From Ruditapes philippinarum (lineage: Eukaryota), in assembly GCF_026571515.1 (NCBI RefSeq), contig NW_026856982.1, positions 62,001 to 126,000 on the forward strand: a stretch of 64,000 bases of DNA. Direction: 5' to 3'. A program made the translations under genes and the position numbers. The notes under the pieces were generated by a model, which saw nothing but the letters and a program-made list of their open reading frames with translations, was not told the origin of the DNA and ran no database searches. Of the stretch, positions 51,386-64,000 are shown piece by piece (within the stretch, counting starts at the first letter, position 1; every line of letters starts with the position of its first letter).

Positions 51386-53330
51386 ATGGAAGTTGTACAG
51401 ATACTACAAAATCGTGTAAAACGATCTAAAATTTTACAATTGCTCGTGGTTTTAATTGCCACTTTGGCAATATATTCGTTTTATAAACTTGGAAGCACTC
51501 CAAAGATTTCGGGTTTGAATACAAGTTATCATGAGAGAGACAAACATGTTGTGCAAAACCAAAAACAAGTTAAAGAAACTCTACTTTCAGTTTCGGATTC
51601 AGCTGTAAACAAAGTTGTGAAAGACGAAGATGATCACCCTATCGATGTAATGATAACTTTTACCAAAGCAGAAAACAATAACAATCTTCAAGTCAAGTTT
51701 AGAATGACTGTCATGTCGCTATTCAAATTTGCTAGCTCTAAAATTAATCTTTACATACTTGGAGATGTGAAAAGTGAGGAAATTGCCAAAGATATCCTTT
51801 CAGAAGTTGCTGATAAACAAAAATATAATGTAAGTATTCTTAATGATAATGAGTGTGAATCTGGTATGGTATAAACATGCAGCATTGCATTGGTAACATG
51901 CCAGAGTGGCCATATTTTTGTAGTATTAAAATGGTAGTACTTTAATCCTGTGACCACTCCAAAATTTGGAGTCCAAATGTAAATTTTACCATGTTCAAGA
52001 TAAGTGTTGATTGGATTAAAATGGTCTTAATGGCAGCATTATAGTCTTAATTCTGGCATAGTATTACGTAGCTAAAGAGACTTCAGCGAACAGGTTTTAT
52101 AGTACTGCTAGACCTGTCGCACAACGTCAAAATAAAAGCGACATATAAAGTTATGGAAGCCAGAACTACGTATTACGTACAGTTTCTACTGTACCATCAT
52201 TGAATGATATACATGTAACTTGATTTGAAAATAGTATTCCATATGAATCAAGGGAATATAATAATAAAGGAATTTTTCAAAAGGGTAAAAAAACTTGATT
52301 GGATAACTATGGTACATGGAAGAGGCTATCAATTGGGACAGCCTTTCTAGCTGATATAAGTCAGCTGCTTTTATGTCATGGTTCTGGCGAAGAATGTGCT
52401 TTTGGCATTTCAGCAGAAAAATATAGCATTTATAGGGGGAAAATACCTACATGTATTTTAGACTTTGGGAAACATCCTTTATTTGGCTGTAAAATACAGG
52501 AAAAAAAATCACTTCTGTAAAAACAGGCCATACTATGGAATGGATTATACTGATAGATAAAAAGCGACTCTGACATCTTAGAAATGAATTATTGATAATA
52601 TAATTTTTCTAAATGCAAGTTAACATTTTTATCTATCTTTCAGGTCTTGCATTTAGACATAGACACTTTAGTTAAAGAAGTCCACGAGATAGTATCAGAG
52701 ATGCAGAAATATTTCAGCTACAAACCAGGGGCGTATTACAGCGATTCCTTGTTCTTCATGTCACTTGTCATTCATAAAGTTCTACCTGACATGCATAAAG
52801 TGATCATGTTGGATTGTGATTTAAAATTTAATGCAGACATCAAAGAATTGTTCAACCGGTTTGAATTATTTACTGACACTAACATAATGGGAATAGCTAG
52901 AGATGCACAACCTGTTTATAGACACAATTTTCATATGTACATAAACAAAAACAAAGGGACAAGAGTTGGTGCCCCTCCGCCTGACGGTCTAACTGGTTTC
53001 AACAGTGGCGTATTATTACTAGACCTTGATAAGATGAGAAAATCTGAAGTTTATAACTCACTTTTATCTGCTGAGTCTATCAAACTTCTCACTGAAAAAT
53101 TCCTGTTCAAGGGCCATCTTGGTGATCAAGATTTTTACTCATTGATCTCATTGGAACACGAGGAATTGTTCCATGTGTTACCGTGTACTTGGAATAGACA
53201 GTTATGCACATGGTGGCGTGATCATGGTTATGCTGAAGTATTTGATCAGTATTTTAAATGTGAAGGTCATATCAATATATACCACGGCAACTGTAACACT
53301 GCAATACCAAAACTTGATTGGGAATCTTAG
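51386..53330 (+). CDS. XXYLT1: Xyloside xylosyltransferase 1 (GT8, type II membrane protein), 376 aa
   Basis: Exons 51386..51829 and 52644..53330. N-terminal transmembrane helix, DxD motif (LDCD), QPVYRH, GFNSGVLLLDL, FKGHLGDQDF, LPCTWNRQLCTWW, IYHGNCNT. Confidence 0.95.
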
Positions 53331-55616
53331 CTTTGGAAACACATTATTATTTTTTTTTTATCTTAAAACACTTTTAAGGAAAAGTGAATGAGATTCTTGA
53401 AAGCGTTGTTACATAAAAAAACAACTGTTATTTAGTGTTTGAAATTATTTTTTGCCCAATAGGATTGCAGTACATGTATTTCAAATGAATCGAACACATT
53501 TACATTGGTAAATCGGAAAACTGTAAATCAGACTGGTAAATTCACTGTTTATAAAAATAATTTAAAAAGTTTGTAAACACATTTTAATAAACTTTAACCT
53601 ATACATAATCATTATATACATGCATTTTGAAAAAATTGCATAATGGAAGTTGAAAATTTTTGTCAAACTTATTTTGTTAGCACAAATAAAATGAAGAATA
53701 ATAATGTAAATTTATTGTATTGATAATCTTATTTTGATAGTGGAAATAGTCCGATGGATTATAAGATTAGATTTATTAAGGTTAAGAACTGATTATATTC
53801 TGCTGACTTGACATTTATCTTTATGCTTAATATATTGCTTTGACATTGAAATACTTATTTTGTAAGATCTAAGTATTGGGGGGGGGGGGGGGTGAGAGAG
53901 AGAGGCTTGGGTATAGGTAGACCTGTGTAAATAGATACTGCTTGGAACTTGGCAAATGTTGGATGTTCTCATGTAGTCTAGGATACAAACAGAATTTAAC
54001 TGTTCACACTGCAGTACTGTTTACATTACAGTGATCACGGTGTTATACTTGTTAACGCTACCTTAACCAAGTTGTAACTGTGAAAGTTTGTACCCAGAGA
54101 TTAGATGGGAAAAACCAGCATTCACTGAGTTCCATAATATATCAATTGTCATTTACCCTACCATTGACAGCATTGTACTTGCGGAAGTATAATTATAGTG
54201 TATTTACTTACTCATTAACAAATATTTGGTGTTTGAAATTATTAATGTTCAATAGGACTGTAGTATTTCAAATGAATCATAACACATCTACTTTCGTATA
54301 TTGGCTAATCATTAACCATTAAATTAACTGCTGTCTTTTAGACTTATTTTATTTATCTGGAGGCATGCCACTTTAAAGTAATGTAAATGTACAGTCTCAC
54401 TGTTCAGTAAAAGCTTCAGCTGGAAGGTTAGGTCTTTATTTACAGAGGTTGACTGTATGTAAAATGATAATCTGATTTTATTTCAAAGTAAAGGTATACC
54501 TGTATTATTGAAATCCAATTATTTGTTGTATATAACCAAAAATTTATTATGTATTTACTTTTTTATATACAGTATTATTTGCGTTTCTTTAAAGGTAATA
54601 ATAAAAATATGCAAAATATACATTATTTTGTTGTTACTTTCTGTCATAGAAAAATACAATGAAGATGTTATGTATTTCCTGGTAATGGAATAGTCCTGGT
54701 TGTAAAATTTGGAACAGTTCATTTGTATTCAAGGGATTTCAGTATGACAATAGTAAAATTTGAGCAGTCAACAGTATGAAGCCTAGTCTGACTTGCCAGG
54801 CTCTACACTAGTATTGATATTTTATTTTAGCTTACCTGACCACATAGTAGTACTGTACTCAAAAGTTAAGTTAGTAAGTAAGTTGCCAGGCAACCATCAC
54901 ATACACTAACTGTATAGCATCTTCTTTCACCCCCATATGTGCACGTCAATAAGAGGCACAGGGCATTGGCAGAAGATTTAGAGCTAATGGTCAAACTTTG
55001 TTCAACTGAGGACACTGCTGACTGGTTAAGACCCAAACTTTGTTTCTGCACATGGAGGGCAGATCCTAGAGATTCAAACTATCACATACTATAAATTTGG
55101 AGTAATGCCTATCTTGCATTATACGATTAATATGCTGATACAGAGTAGGCAGGGACAAGGAGGGGTTACCTCCTTCATTATTGTCACTGGTTACTGTATG
55201 TTCAGGTGCTCATTGGCCGCTGTACAGTGACATGTACTTCAAAATTCCTATCTTTGGCTCACTACTCTGAGGATATTGCACAGAGGGAAATTTTCACCAC
55301 TTAATGCTTTAAAATTAACCTTTTACGGGCACGACTGGCGACATTTTCTGGGTCTAAGCTAATTTTTTGTGCCTGAACGTGCGTATGGACTCTTATTAAA
55401 CAAAGATCAAAGAATATGATGAAACAGTATAAAGTTGTTTCAGACTACACAGATTGGCCCGACTATACTGTTGGTATTGACAAGTCATTACCAACTTCAG
55501 TTTTTGCATATATTACATTTGTATTGCTTGTCATTGTATTATGATGTTTTACCAACATCATTACATTACTTTCCCCTCCGAGAAGTCTTGTTTCGTACCC
55601 TTCTTTATCCAGGGTT

Positions 55617-55960
55617 AAGTTGCATGCCTGCAGATGAGCCAAAAAAAAAATAATCAAAAAACAATCAAGAAAATCAACTTTGAAAAAAATTAACTAAGAT
55701 TTAAAGGATAGTAGAAATATTCTAAATTCAAGTTATGATTTTACATTTTACCGGTATATGCAATGAATGACAGATTTTGCAGTATTTATCTCAAAATCTC
55801 TAACACGTGACTCTATTTTAAAATATTTTGACCTTTTTTTTGGTAATTAATGTGGACTGAAATGAGTAAGTTTCTGTCTTCCTTCCCGTAACAATATTTT
55901 ACATTTTAGTACATTTTCATGAAAATTAGCTGCACTAGCAGGAATCTGGAGGCATGCTGC
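55617..55960. mobile_element. TTAA-type MITE, degenerate copy
   Basis: AAGTTGCATGCCTGCAGATGAGCC ... AATCTGGAGGCATGCTGCT; homologous to 3323-3658. Confidence 0.55.
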
Positions 55961-56267
55961 TAAGAGACTTTAAACATATAACAAACACACATATATTTAT
56001 TTAATAGTATTTAATAAAATAACAAGGAAGAAACTCAGGTATATTATGTATAACCTATCAATAAAATCTTATGGAAAAAACACAACAGATCTTTATATAG
56101 ACTTAACAACAGTAAAAAGGGAAAAAATAACATTGTGCAAAACGCTGTATTGCGTAGAAATATCAACAATAATTGAGTAAAAAGTATTATACAACCCTTA
56201 CTTAGGCTTTAAATTTACATACTAAACACTGTGCAGTGAGAAAGGTCTAGAAAAGGTTGAAGCACTA

Positions 56268-56505
56268 TATGAGCCGTGTCATGACAAAACCAACATAATG
56301 GGTTTGCGACCAGCATGGATCCAGACCAGCCTGCACATCCACATAGTCTGATCAGGATCCATGCTGTTCGCTTACAAACTCTATTACAAGTAGAGAAACT
56401 AATAGGGAACAGCATGGATCCTGATCAGACTGCATGGATGCGCAGGCTGGTCTGGATCCATGCTGGTTGCAAACCCATTATTGGTTTTGTCATGGCGCAG
56501 ATCAA
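56268..56505. mobile_element. Palindromic MITE, ATGAGCCG family, copy 3
   Basis: ATGAGCCGTGTCATGACAAAACC...GGTTTTGTCATGGCGCAGATCA. Confidence 0.85.
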
Positions 56506-59151
56506 ATATTTATACATGTGTAGTAATATATTTCAAAATGAAAATTATATCAAATGCTATAACTTGTAATAGATAAATCCTTTAACAAGACTTATATAAA
56601 ATTTGTAATTCAAAAGCTTCTTAACACTAATATATTTCAGATCTTGTGTCCAATTATATATGGTATCAATTTTCACTACAGTAACAGATTCAAATATGTA
56701 GACACCTTAATCAACCACAAAGCATGGATCCCCCTTATGATGTTCCTAAATTGGTAACAGCTTTAAGACATTGCAAAATGTTGTGAAAAGTTGAAAGATT
56801 ATATTTTTTACTCGGTTTGAACTTTGAACCCATGCAGAGTTGATCTCCATGTAAAGTTACCACTTATCAAATATCAAACAGTTCTGTAAATAAGAAATTG
56901 ACACTCTAGTAGAAAAAGTACCAAACTAAATATTAAGATTTTTTACGATGACCCCCTTCAATTAACCAATAAATCAACCCAAGATTGCCAAAACACAAAA
57001 TTTATAAATGAACGCCCTTGACAAAATGTTGGTAAATGTGAGGTAATCAAAGGTAAATAGACAGATTCAAATCTATGACATAATATTTTTGACCATGAAA
57101 GGGCTATTAAATATATGTAATTAATTAAGAGAATATAATGTATTTCAGATGAAAGACAAAATAGGGATTCTTGAAATAAGTGAGCAAATCTGTCATCAAC
57201 ACAGAACTTTCATAAAAAAAACACACCTAAAAAATAACAGAAATAATGTGTAAATAACATTTGTTATGAATTACAAAACTTTCATGTAAATAACATAACA
57301 TCTGTTATTAATTACTGACTTTCATGTAAATAACATAACATCAGTTATTAATTACAGACTTTCATGTTATTAATAACAAAAGTTGCAGTCAGATTACAAC
57401 ATTTTTGGTCCCGCTGTGTTGTGTACATATAAAATTTCAAATTTTACAATACATGTATTTTGAACACATTATTTTGTTCTCACAACCATATAAAACCATG
57501 AAAGATAGAAAATACAGACATTGGGTAGAAATAAATTCAAAACAAATATATCTATATTTTGGTCCAGTTAAATTTCAACATGAACTTGAACAAAAATGAA
57601 TTTGACATTCTATGCACAATATTCAACTTTTAAATAAGATAAATGAAAATATTTATACAAATTAGATTTTATTCCAGCTGGAAAAATTTCTTAGTGATAA
57701 ATAAAAAAAAGAAGAGAAAAATATAATTTCATTCAAATTCTTATATTAGTAAAGTGGAACAATTATACAAAAGTTAGTAACAAATTAAACACATTAAAAA
57801 ATCAGCTCCAACAGGGGATAGGTTAATAGCTTTAAAGAATGAATAAATTAACATACATAACATCACCTTAGTCACGGACCTTAATTGTCAATTAAGGTCC
57901 GTGCTTAAGTGCAATAACTCCTATTAAATTCAGAAGGACTTAACTGGTTACTACAATAAGGTGACAATAAGATTATGAGACAACAAAATGCATTTTTTTT
58001 CAGCAAAGTTGTATATTTGACAAAAAATACAATACATTAGTCTCAATTTTTTTTCTTTTGTGAATTTATCATTATAATTATCTTAGTATATGTAATGTAT
58101 GTAATATTACTATCTCGAAAATTGCTGGAATTTAAACTAAGGTGTATCACCTCTTCTCCCATATCCCAGTTACTATAATTTTCACTACTAAAAATACAGG
58201 TTAGTGTATAGTTCTATATTTTGCAATGATATTTTGTCATAAACAAAGTGGTACAAATTTTAATACATCACTATTTCTCATATAAATGTATTTAGTAAAC
58301 AAAACACTATTTAATCCTATTTTTAAAGAAAGCTTTTATAATTTACTCCTACCTTTTACATTTAGACAAAGCTGGTATATTTTACTCCCAGGTAGCATAA
58401 ATTTATTAAACAATTGATTGGCCAAAGTTTATAACATGAAGTCAATTATATCCAGTAATAAAAATTTAGGTCCACACTTGCGAACAGTCTTCTTTAAACT
58501 GCACTTTAATTATGTATGATTTTAATACATATTATTATTGTCATTAGAATCAAAATGATAAAATTAAATATTTTATCTTTATTTCATAAATAATCATAAT
58601 TATGATAAAGGCTATTTGCTAAAATGCTATAAATGAATAACTGATGACTTACTGGAATAATTATCATAATCTTTTTTTAATTGAAAAATACAAATCCTGC
58701 AAAGGTAGCACTTATGAGAGTGACGATGCACATACTTTGGTTAATAATTGACTTACAGGTTTTTATATAGATCATTTTTTACAAAACAGTCAATAATATG
58801 ACTTTCAATTATTGAAAACAATAAGGGTGTCAGTCATAATTAATACAATGTCAGAATTGTCTTTAAATTAGAACAATAAATGTGAAAAGGCAAGAATATA
58901 ACTGAGAATATGTAACCCCTTAAGTGAGTATGTTAAGTAGACTAAACAAAATTTCATCACATGAACAAGAGTGATACTCTATTGCATATCCTATAATAAA
59001 TATACCTGTGAACAATTTTACAATAAAGTGTAAAGAATATATAAATAAACACTGAGTTTATAACTAAATAACAACAAATAGGTTTCAAAGAAAATCTAGC
59101 AAGAGTACATACAATATCACTTTGAACATGAAAGGAAAAATAGGGTTTTAT

Positions 59152-59550
59152 AGGGATCCATTTCTGGGGATTATTTGAGGGGATCCATTTGTAGGGATTA
59201 TTGAGGGGATCCATTTTGGGGGTTATTTGTGGTGACTATTGAGGGAATTCATTATTGGGGGTTATTTGTGGAATCCTTTTATTGGGATTATTTGTGGGGA
59301 TCCATTTGTGGGAATTATTTGAGAAGATCCATTTGTGGGGATTATTTGAGGGGATCCATTTGTGGGGATTCATTTGTGGAATCCTTTTATTGGGATTATT
59401 TGTGGGGATCCATTTGTGGGAATTATTTGAGAAGATCCATTTGTGGGGATTATTTGTAGAATCCATTTGTAGGGATTATTGCAAGGGATCCATTAGTGCA
59501 GATTATTTGAGGGGGTCCATTTGTGAGGATTATTTGGGGGGATCCATTTG
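59152..59550. repeat. ~24-25-bp minisatellite (ggggatccatttgtggggattatttga) with a higher-order duplication
   Basis: About 16 units; a block of ~96 bp starting atttgtggaatccttttattggg recurs at ~59263 and ~59372. Confidence 0.9.
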
Positions 59551-60431
59551 AAAGTTAGTCGAGGAGATCCATAAGTGGATATTAAAGTATTAGAGGGATA
59601 TACATGTATACAACATACCCTCACTAGTTGACTACTTCTAACAAGTTTGTGTGGTATACCAGGCTTAATTAAGTATTTCCCTATATGTCCCTCTATTCTT
59701 ATTTCCCTATATGTCCCTCTATTAAGTATTTCCCTATATGTCCCTCTATTCTTATAATAGTTGGTGATAATCATTGCTAGCTAAACTCTATGGTTTCATA
59801 TTTAACAGTTAATGAGATTCTGTAATGAACACTTCATTAAAACATAACCATAAAATGTGGTCTGTGGGTATTTTAAAATAATGAAGATTATTATAATGGT
59901 TTGGCATCATGATGCAACATTGTGGTACATGTATGTAAATTTACAATTTTTCCAAAACTAAACTCAATTTGAGTAAATAGATCAAAATAGGCCAAATATA
60001 ACTTTCAATTTATGAAAATAAACACATAAAACTACCCATTTCAACAAAATGACATCTATTATCTCAAGTAGATGTTCATTTATGAAAACAAAAATTTAAT
60101 AAAATAAACAACATAAAATCTTTCATGAAAGATTATGAATAAATGCTTGCACAACATTGCTTAGTAGAAAAAAATCTATTTTCAGACCAATCTGATAAAT
60201 AAATTATATAAAGTAGAAATTCTACACACAAAAAGAAATACAAACTTTTAGCAAATATTGCTTTTTTTCTTTGAGAAAGGGACATAAATTTAAATATCAA
60301 TGACTAACATTTGATATAACATTTTATAAATAACAAGTAGGAATGCCAAATAAAAAATACAAACGGTTGAAACCTTCAACATACATTGTTTTTTTCCTCA
60401 TGAAAGGGACATAACTCATAATATCATCGTT

Positions 60432-60798
60432 AAAACTGCATGCCTCCAGATGAACCAAACTATTTCAAGAAAAAAAAAAACAAAAAAAAAAAAAAAAAAA
60501 AATACTCCCAAGATTTTAAGAAAAGTAAAAAGATTCAAGATTCAAGTAATAATTTACATGTTATGTGAGATTAATGACTGACTTTTCAGTATTTATAACC
60601 ATATTCTTACTGCATGGCTTTACTAAAGCAGTAACATCTTTCTTTGCATATTTTGACCTGTTTTTTGTAATTTACATGGATTGTAAATGCTATTTGCAAT
60701 GTGTAAATTACTTTCTTTGTTCACTACACAATATTTTACATTTTAATACATTTTCAAAATTTCAAATAAAATTAGCATGATTCTGAAGGCATGCTGCT
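60432..60798. mobile_element. TTAA-flanked MITE, inverted relative to 3323-3658
   Basis: TTAA|AACTGCATGCCTCCAGATG ... TTCTGAAGGCATGCTGCT|TTAA; the internal sequence is the reverse complement of copy 1. Confidence 0.65.
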
Positions 60799-61159
60799 TT
60801 AAAACTTTTGTTGCACCTGCTATACATGTACATATTAATCCAGCAAACTTCAAATGCAAAATTCAATACATCGATATACATTAGAAATGCTAAAATAAAT
60901 GAAAAACTTAAACAAACATTGCTGTTTTCCATCGACATGGACATTAATCAATATCATTATTATTATCACAAATGTCACACTCTCAACTTACAAATTTATC
61001 ATCATATATTTTGAATTGTGTCATTTTAACAGTAGACAGCAAAAATGCTGTGCAAAAAAATGCAAACTTCAGGAGCTCCACTGAAGTCCCAAAAACATAA
61101 AAACATAAACTTTGAAATTCTTACATGGATCACCTCAGGGACACTAAAAACAGAAGAAA

Positions 61160-62631
61160 ACTAGAAATGTGTCCATAGGACACGGATGCCCACACACGCC
61201 ACTGTTCTGTCAATCTTATGACTCTAGGTCAAATATTTTTTTGGACTACATGTGCCACAAGTTGAAAACTAACTAGAACTGTGTCCCAAGGTCACGGATG
61301 CCCCCACTGACAACATATATATGGTATATAGTGAAAAAATCAACAAAGGGCCATAATTCTGTTAAATTTGGTCGCAGCAAAAATTCCTTCCTTTACTACC
61401 ATCTACACATTAAGGTTATTCATCCCAGGAAGTTTAAGCAAAATCTGCCAACAAGTTTAAGAGGAGTTGCGTTCACAAAATTTCTATATGGTATATAGTG
61501 AAAAAATCAACAAAGGGCCATAATTCTGTTAAATTTGGTCGCAGCAAAAATTCCTTCCTTTACTACCATCTACACATTAAGGTTGTTCATCCTTGGAAGT
61601 TTAAGCAAAATCTGCCATCCGGTTTAAGAGGAGTTGCGTTCACAAAATTTTTACATAGTATACAGTGAAAAAATCAACAAAGGGCCATAATTCTGTTAAA
61701 TTTGGTCGCAGCGAAAATTCCTTCCTTTACTACCATCTTCACATTAAGGTTGTTCATCCCTGGAAGTTTAAGCAAAATCTGCCAACCGGTTTAAGAGGAG
61801 TTGCGTTCACAAGATTATGGGACGTACGGACGGACGGACGGACAGACGGACGGATGGACGGACAAGTGCAACGCTATATGCTCCCACATTGTGGGGGCAT
61901 AAAAATCAACAAAGGGCCATAATTCTGTTAAATTTGGTCGCAGCAAAAAATTCCTTCCTTCACTACCATGTACACATTAAGATTGTTAATCCCTGGAAGT
62001 TTAAGCAAAATCTGCCATCCGGTTTAAGAGGAGTTGCATTCACAAAATTTCTACATAGTATATAGTGAAAAAATCAACAAAGGGCCATAATTCTGTAAAA
62101 TTTGGTTGCAGGGAAAATTCCTTCCTTTACTTCCATCTACACCTTAAGGTTGTTCATCCCTGTAAGTTTAAGCAAAATCTGCCATCCGGTTTAAGAAGAG
62201 TTGCGTTCACAAAATTTTTACATAGTATATAGTGAAAAAATCATCAAAGGGCTGTAATTCTGTTAAATTTGGTCGCAGCAAAAATTCCTTCCTTTACTAC
62301 CATCTACACATTAAGGTTGTTCATTCCTGTAAGTTTAAGCAAAATCTGCCATCCGATTTAAGAGGAGTTGCGTTCACAAAATTTCTACATAGTATCTAGT
62401 GAAAAAATGAACAAAGGGCCATAATTCTGTTAAATTTGGTCGCAGCGAAAATTCCTTCCTTTACTACCATCTACACATTAAGGTTGTTCATCCGTGTAAG
62501 TTTAAGCAAAATCTGCCATCCGGTTTAAGAGGAGTTGCGTTCACAAGATTTCGGGACATACAGACTGACGGACGGACAGACGGACGGACAAGTGCAACGC
62601 TATATGCTCCCACATTGTGGGGGCATAAAAA
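61160..62631 (+). mobile_element. Helentron-type compound element with 167-bp tandem units, two heads and two tails
   Basis: Heads ACTAGAA..GTGTCC..GG.CACGGATGCCC at ~61160 and ~61272; units start at 61331, 61498 and 61665; a GACG microsatellite plus hairpin ATGCTCCCACATTGTGGGGGCAT at ~61880-61900 and ~62605-62626. Confidence 0.85.
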
Positions 62632-62881
62632 TGCAAAAGAATATAAACAAAAATACTCTAAATAAAATTGAAAATCATTTTTTTGTGTGTGCAATTCTTA
62701 GCTTGATCTGAGGTAATCACACTTTGACACTTCATTGTTGGGAAATTTTGCACAATAAAAAGTTTTTATTATGGAAAAAAAAACAGAGTGAGAAAATGAT
62801 ATGAAAGTTTGCCAGCAAGTTATTGTTCAAGACCATCTAGTCCTGTTGTGTTAGAAAACTTAAGTGTAATCTGTTTTACAT

Positions 62882-62986
62882 TTTGTTTGTCTGATTGTGT
62901 TTTACGTCACACCAACACAGTATAAGTCATTTGGTGACGTTCCCGTTTTACTGGTGGAGGAACACCCCGGGTGCCCTTCTGTGCAT
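62882..62986 (-). mobile_element. SINE/LINE-type 3' tail fragment
   Basis: Reverse-complement homolog of 9561-9659. Confidence 0.5.
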
Positions 62987-63367
62987 ACGAGGAAGCTATC
63001 CAGCTAGCTTCCAGATGGTGGGTTGTTCTGTTTAACATAATATGCTAATTTTTTGCATGGTGAGGGTATAAATAATATTATTATAAGCATTTTTGACACA
63101 TGTACATGTATAAATGTTCTACATATAAACTCTACACTGATGTGACTAGCTAAGCTATTCTACCTCACAACCTTAAGTTACCTTCATGTATAAGATGTAA
63201 AAAGCACAAGCATTTCATAACATTAACAGCTTGTTTTTTAAATTTTACACATAATCATTCTACTGAAAAACACTGCAGAGCACAACAGAATTCAAAGCAG
63301 CTTAGTTAAACTTGTCTGGTGAAAAAATAACAGGATTTAGACGGAGTTAGAAACGTAACAATAAAGT

Positions 63368-63473
63368 TCAGGATAATCTGCTGTCATTTTCTGTTGTAGT
63401 AACCTCCCTTGAAAACTGTCCAACAGTATCAGGGTTATCTCCCTTGCTCCCCTCCATCTTCACCTCTTGCAAT
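63368..63473 (-). CDS. Possible terminal coding exon of a gene beyond the right edge
   Basis: Strong polypyrimidine tract and CAG acceptor at 63474-63490 (minus), followed by a GC-richer stretch reading LQEVKMEGSKGDNPDTVGQFSREVTTTENDSRLS*. Frame and identity cannot be confirmed. Confidence 0.4.
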
Positions 63474-64000
63474 CTGGAAAAAAAAAATCAAACAAAATTT
63501 AATTTAAATCTTAATCAATGTAAATGAATTTACAATTTTGTTCATTATATCACTGAGGCAAAGTGTTAAAATGCAATTTTATCAGCACCAAAATAATACA
63601 AGTAATAAAAAAATATCAAAATATGATCTGAAATAAAATAAACATATTAAGCATTTGTGTAATTACTGTAGCTAATTAATGATTATATCAGTTTGCTTAA
63701 ATAAAAGCTGAAATAAAAACATTCTAGGTATACAAATTATGATGTTGTTAATGTTATGATAGCTAAAAGGATTATGTATTATGATTTGCTGAACAACACT
63801 CAGTCAAAATTAAATATAACAGGTGCTTCATTAATTTAAAACATTTAAAACATTTCTTACAATAGTTTACAACAACACCTAAATTAACTCCTTAATTAAG
63901 AAAACAACAAAACTTATATTATATTTAAACAAAATAATAAGCAACATTTGTTATGTAAAATTTTTACAATCACAAAAGCAAATGATAATATTAAATACAG

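Noticed and set aside
59229-59551. Repetitive ORFs (GSICGDYL / NPHKWIP)
   Set aside because: Translations of a minisatellite.

Overview
AT-rich eukaryotic (metazoan) genomic DNA with GT-AG introns and two N gaps. The repeat landscape (palindromic MITEs, Helentron-type non-autonomous elements with GACG microsatellites, tRNA-derived SINEs) suggests a bivalve mollusc; this is an inference. Splicing exons by hand gives, in order: (1) the 3' part of a Cys-rich secreted or surface protein gene whose last exon is frameshifted by a 10-bp duplication; (2) two intact tandem cytidine deaminase genes with identical 5-exon structure; (3) RANGRF/MOG1 on the minus strand; (4) head-to-head with it, a 7-exon gene for an uncharacterised 249-aa protein with a PAC1/PAC2-like secondary-structure pattern and a C-terminal HbYX motif (..SMIYS*), the most interesting candidate here; (5) an 8-exon MIIP-like gene (minus); (6) head-to-head with it, XXYLT1 (plus); (7) a possible terminal exon of a gene entering from the right. 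Introns and intergenic DNA hold a ~2.1-kb CAC...GTG foldback element with a 5-bp TSD, two CAGGG elements with 5-bp TSDs, a mariner-type element, TTAA-flanked MITEs, nested Helentron-type elements and several minisatellites. 19.2-21.45 kb looks like low-quality consensus sequence. Family assignments come from remembered motifs; no database search was run.
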